DNA of 64,000 nucleotides from Escherichia coli (GTDB lineage Bacteria; Pseudomonadota; Gammaproteobacteria; Enterobacterales; Enterobacteriaceae): NCBI RefSeq assembly GCF_009931435.1, contig NZ_CP043414.1; one strand, 5' to 3'. Shown piece by piece: positions 60,333 to 64,000 of this stretch (position 1 is its first letter; each line of letters starts with the position of its first letter). The notes under the pieces were generated by a model. It saw only the letters and a program-made list of their open reading frames with translations, ran no database searches and was not told where the DNA came from. The position numbers and the translations under genes were made by a program.

Positions 60333-60503
60333 TCAGGCTACAGCTTTAAGATTTGTCTGGAATACTTTGTTGCAATGAGGGCAGATCAAAAGGGCACCTT
60401 TTTGTACTCTTGAAAAACTGTGTTCTGACTCTTGGGTGCAGTTTGGGCAGGAACATTTAACGAGATAATTACGGCGTGATTTTGAGTCTTTACGTTCTGA
60501 CAT
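60333..60503 (-). CDS. small zinc-ribbon protein (YdfK/YnaE-like position, unknown function)
   Basis: 56 aa from MSERKDSKSRRNYLVKCSCPNC...CPHC. The six-frame ORF extends 17 aa further upstream. Confidence 0.45.
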   Translation of the reverse strand: MSERKDSKSRRNYLVKCSCPNCTQESEHSFSRVQKGALLICPHCNKVFQTNLKAVA

Positions 60504-60722
60504 AGGCTTTTCCTGTATAAATGGCCGTATACAGTACACTAAATATGAAAACATTTCTCGTATTATTATTTTATATATGACTTTCTTTCAAAATAATTAC
60601 TCACATTTTTAATGTGTATGTTTCTTTAGCGCCGTTGAGAACAGCGTGTGCTGTCAAAACTACCCCGTAGACTCCGATCTTTTCAAACATATTGCACCAT
60701 CCGTGTACATCGGGGTGAGGAT

Positions 60723-60938
60723 ATGAAATCAATGGATAAGTTAACAACAGGTGTTGCCTATGGCACATCGGCGGGTAATGCTGGTTTCTGGGCATTGCAG
60801 TTACTCGATAAAGTAACTCCGTCACAGTGGGCTGCAATCGGTGTGCTGGGTAGCCTGGTTTTTGGCCTGCTGACGTATCTGACAAATCTTTATTTCAAGA
60901 TTAAAGAAGACAGGCGTAAGGCTGCGAGAGGAGAGTAA
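60723..60938 (+). CDS. essQ: phage-21-type class II holin/pinholin S
   Basis: 71 aa from [37 protein letters not shown] Shine-Dalgarno sequence. Confidence 0.9.
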   Translation: MKSMDKLTTGVAYGTSAGNAGFWALQLLDKVTPSQWAAIGVLGSLVFGLLTYLTNLYFKIKEDRRKAARGE

Positions 60939-60942
60939 TCCA

Positions 60943-61250
60943 ATGACTCAAGACTATGAACTGGTCGTGAAAGGAGTCCGTAATTTTGAGAATAAAGTTA
61001 CGGTAACTGTAGCCTTACAGGACAAAGAACGCTTTGACGGTGAAATTTTTGACCTGGATGTCGCCATGGACCGTGTTGAAGGAGCTGCGCTGGAGTTTTA
61101 TGAGGCAGCAGCCAGAAGGAGCGTCCGGCAAGTCTTCCTGGAAGTAGCAGAAAAATTGTCAGAAAAAGTTGAGTCTTATCTGCAGCATCAGTACTCCTTT
61201 AAGATTGAAAATCCTGCCAATAAGCACGAGCGTCCTCATCATAAATATAT

Positions 61251-61254
<4 letters not shown>
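60943..61254 (+). CDS. ydfR: YdfR, conserved protein within the lysis cassette
   Basis: 103 aa. Confidence 0.8.
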
Positions 61255-62278
<1,024 letters not shown>

Positions 62279-62641
62279 GGTAATATTAAATCGGAACATT
62301 TACATCGCGGAATGTAAAATTTAAATAAAAAGGACTCTTCCATGAGCCAAAATTCCTGAAATCTTAAGGGTAAGATAAAAGGTCTTAATCAGAATGACAC
62401 GTTATTATTAATAAATAAAGCTATTCTTTCATTGCTGTGTTTTTCTTTACAAAAGTAATCCTTGCTATGGGTGGTTAATCATGCGTTAATGGTGTTCTGG
62501 TTTGTTACAAATTTATCTGAAGCAGTCATTGTTATAATTTTATTATTTGTACCTCTTGAGATTTCCTTGTTGGTTTTTCTCTCTGATATTTTTTTTCGGA
62601 CCATTCTGCCCAAGGGCTAATTTCTTCAAAAGGTAATAATT

Positions 62642-62854
62642 ATGTCTAACAAAATGACTGGTTTAGTGAAATGGTTTAACCCTGAAAAAGGTTTTGGTTT
62701 CATCACGCCGAAAGATGGCAGCAAAGATGTGTTTGTCCATTTCTCAGCAATTCAGAGCAACGATTTCAAAACATTAACTGAGAATCAGGAAGTTGAATTT
62801 GGTATTGAGAACGGACCTAAAGGCCCTGCCGCTGTTCATGTAGTGGCGCTTTGA
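62642..62854 (+). CDS. cspI: cold-shock protein CspI
   Basis: 70 aa, [45 protein letters not shown]... Confidence 0.95.
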   Translation: MSNKMTGLVKWFNPEKGFGFITPKDGSKDVFVHFSAIQSNDFKTLTENQEVEFGIENGPKGPAAVHVVAL

Positions 62855-63057
62855 GGTAGACAATATTACAAACCATATTCACTTTAGATGCCCGTGTTGT
62901 CATGGTTCCCAGTATAGAACATCATCTTTTGATGTTTCTGACATGAATCCTTTCGGGGCAAAATGTATCTTTTGTAAATCAATGATGATTACATTTGATA
63001 ATATTTCACAATACTTAAATGCCAGCCGTCTGTCGTTGGATTTAAAAAAGTGAAAAT

Positions 63058-63082
63058 GAAGGCTCCTTCGGGAGCTTTTTTG
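63058..63082 (+). terminator. intrinsic terminator
   Basis: Hairpin aggctccttcgggagcttt followed by TTTTTTG. Confidence 0.6.
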
Positions 63083-63125
63083 CTTGGTATCTATTCGATG
63101 GATACTCACATACTACGGTAACATC

Positions 63126-63356
63126 ATGAAAAAAATCATAGTTTTTTTTAACTCTGAACCAGCAGTGGTAGTGCCAGCGATGACTGGAGTTAACACCATC
63201 ATGCGTGAATATCCAAATGGCGAAAAAACACACCTTACTGTAATGGCCGCAGGGTTTCCATCTCTGACCGGAGATCATAAAGTCATTTATGTAGCCGCGG
63301 ATCGACATGTTACTTCAGAAGAAATTCTGGAAGCAGCAATAAGGCTCTTGAGTTGA
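63126..63356 (+). CDS. hypothetical prophage protein (76 aa)
   Basis: ORF starting MKKIIVFFNSEPAVVVPAMTG... The six-frame ORF starts earlier at TTG. Confidence 0.4.
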   Translation: MKKIIVFFNSEPAVVVPAMTGVNTIMREYPNGEKTHLTVMAAGFPSLTGDHKVIYVAADRHVTSEEILEAAIRLLS

Positions 63357-63525
63357 TTTGATGCTATTGTATTGATAATTCAGGAAAATTCTCTTTGTCT
63401 GTTTGTGTAAAATTTAGACTATCGTATGTTGATTATTGCGATGTTTCATCTTATCTTTTACACGTTTGCACCATATAATCGACTTACTGTGTAACTGGAA
63501 AGTCATAACAGACTAAAAGAGGAAA

Positions 63526-63701
63526 TGATGAATATTGAAAACTTAAAAACAAAAGCAGAAGCAGATATTTCTGAATATATAACAAAAAAAATTATTGAAC
63601 TTAAGAAAAAGACCGGGAAAGAAGTTACCAGTATTCAGTTTACCGCACGGGAAAAAATGACGGGTCTTGAAAGCTATGATGTCAAGATTAATTTAATCTG
63701 A
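63526..63701 (+). pseudogene. gnsB: gnsB-like gene, apparently frameshifted
   Basis: ATGATGAATATTGAAAC-TTAAAAACAAAAGCAGAAGCAGAT... The downstream frame encodes ...KAEADISEYITKKIIELKKKTGKEVTSIQFTAREKMTGLESYDVKINLI, which is GnsB-like. The ATG is out of frame by 1 nt: an in-frame TGA at 63537 and TAA at 63544. Confidence 0.45.
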
Positions 63702-64000
63702 TGTATTCAATAATAAAATTTATCCATAAACCTCGTTTTTACGGGGTTTTGTTATATTTGAATGGTTCCGAATATCTAAATCACAATTGTTGATGGTTTT
63801 TATTAAACCAATGCAGTCCGGCTCAGGAGTGAGAGAAGCCGGACGTTATGGTTTAGCGTGGTAAGATCTGTGTAGTTTTCTGGATGCTTTCAGTAAATAG
63901 TAATGAGTTATCAAAGGCATAGTAATATCTTTGGTGTTCCTGGATATTTGTAACCCATCGGAAAACTCCTGCTTTAGCAAGATTTTCCCTGTATTGTTGA

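Overview
This window reads as Escherichia coli chromosome, running in reverse relative to my memory of the MG1655 map (about 1.70 to 1.63 Mb). No search was possible here: all calls rest on recognising translated proteins and known motifs, and gene order in K-12 is quoted from memory.

Core-genome part, positions 1 to about 45.4 kb: malI (3' end), hdhA, uidR-uidABC, ydgA, manA, fumA-fumC, tus with its TerB site, rstBA, ydgC, folM, ydgI, ydgH, pntAB, tqsA, mdtJI, ydgD, asr, ynfM, ynfL, mlc, ynfK, clcB, dmsD-ynfHGFE, ynfD, ynfC, speG, ynfB, ynfA, rspAB.

From about 45.47 kb to the end of the window there is a Qin-like lambdoid prophage inserted in the 5' part of ydfJ. It is more intact than K-12 Qin and is mosaic:
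- a full-length integrase and an excisionase-like gene;
- a full-length ydfE-type exonuclease (3'-5' DnaQ-like C-terminus), which in K-12 is broken by IS2;
- ydfD, dicB and the DicF sRNA, then ydfC, ydfB, ydfA;
- a RacR/YdaS/YdaT-like immunity module instead of dicA/dicC, with GGTAT-type palindromic operator candidates;
- a replication-initiator gene that contains iteron-like repeats;
- a 141-aa orphan gene, an AT-rich 341-345 aa orphan gene, and a small hydrophobic peptide ORF, at the hotspot where K-12 Qin carries relBE-ydfV-flxA;
- hokD, rem, ydfU, quuQ, cspF, cspB, a small zinc-ribbon protein, the essQ-ydfR-rrrQ-Rz/Rz1 lysis cassette, cspI, and a gnsB-like gene that appears frameshifted.

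The most interesting candidate for an undescribed system is the AT-rich orphan gene at 54.49-55.52 kb together with its flanking small genes.
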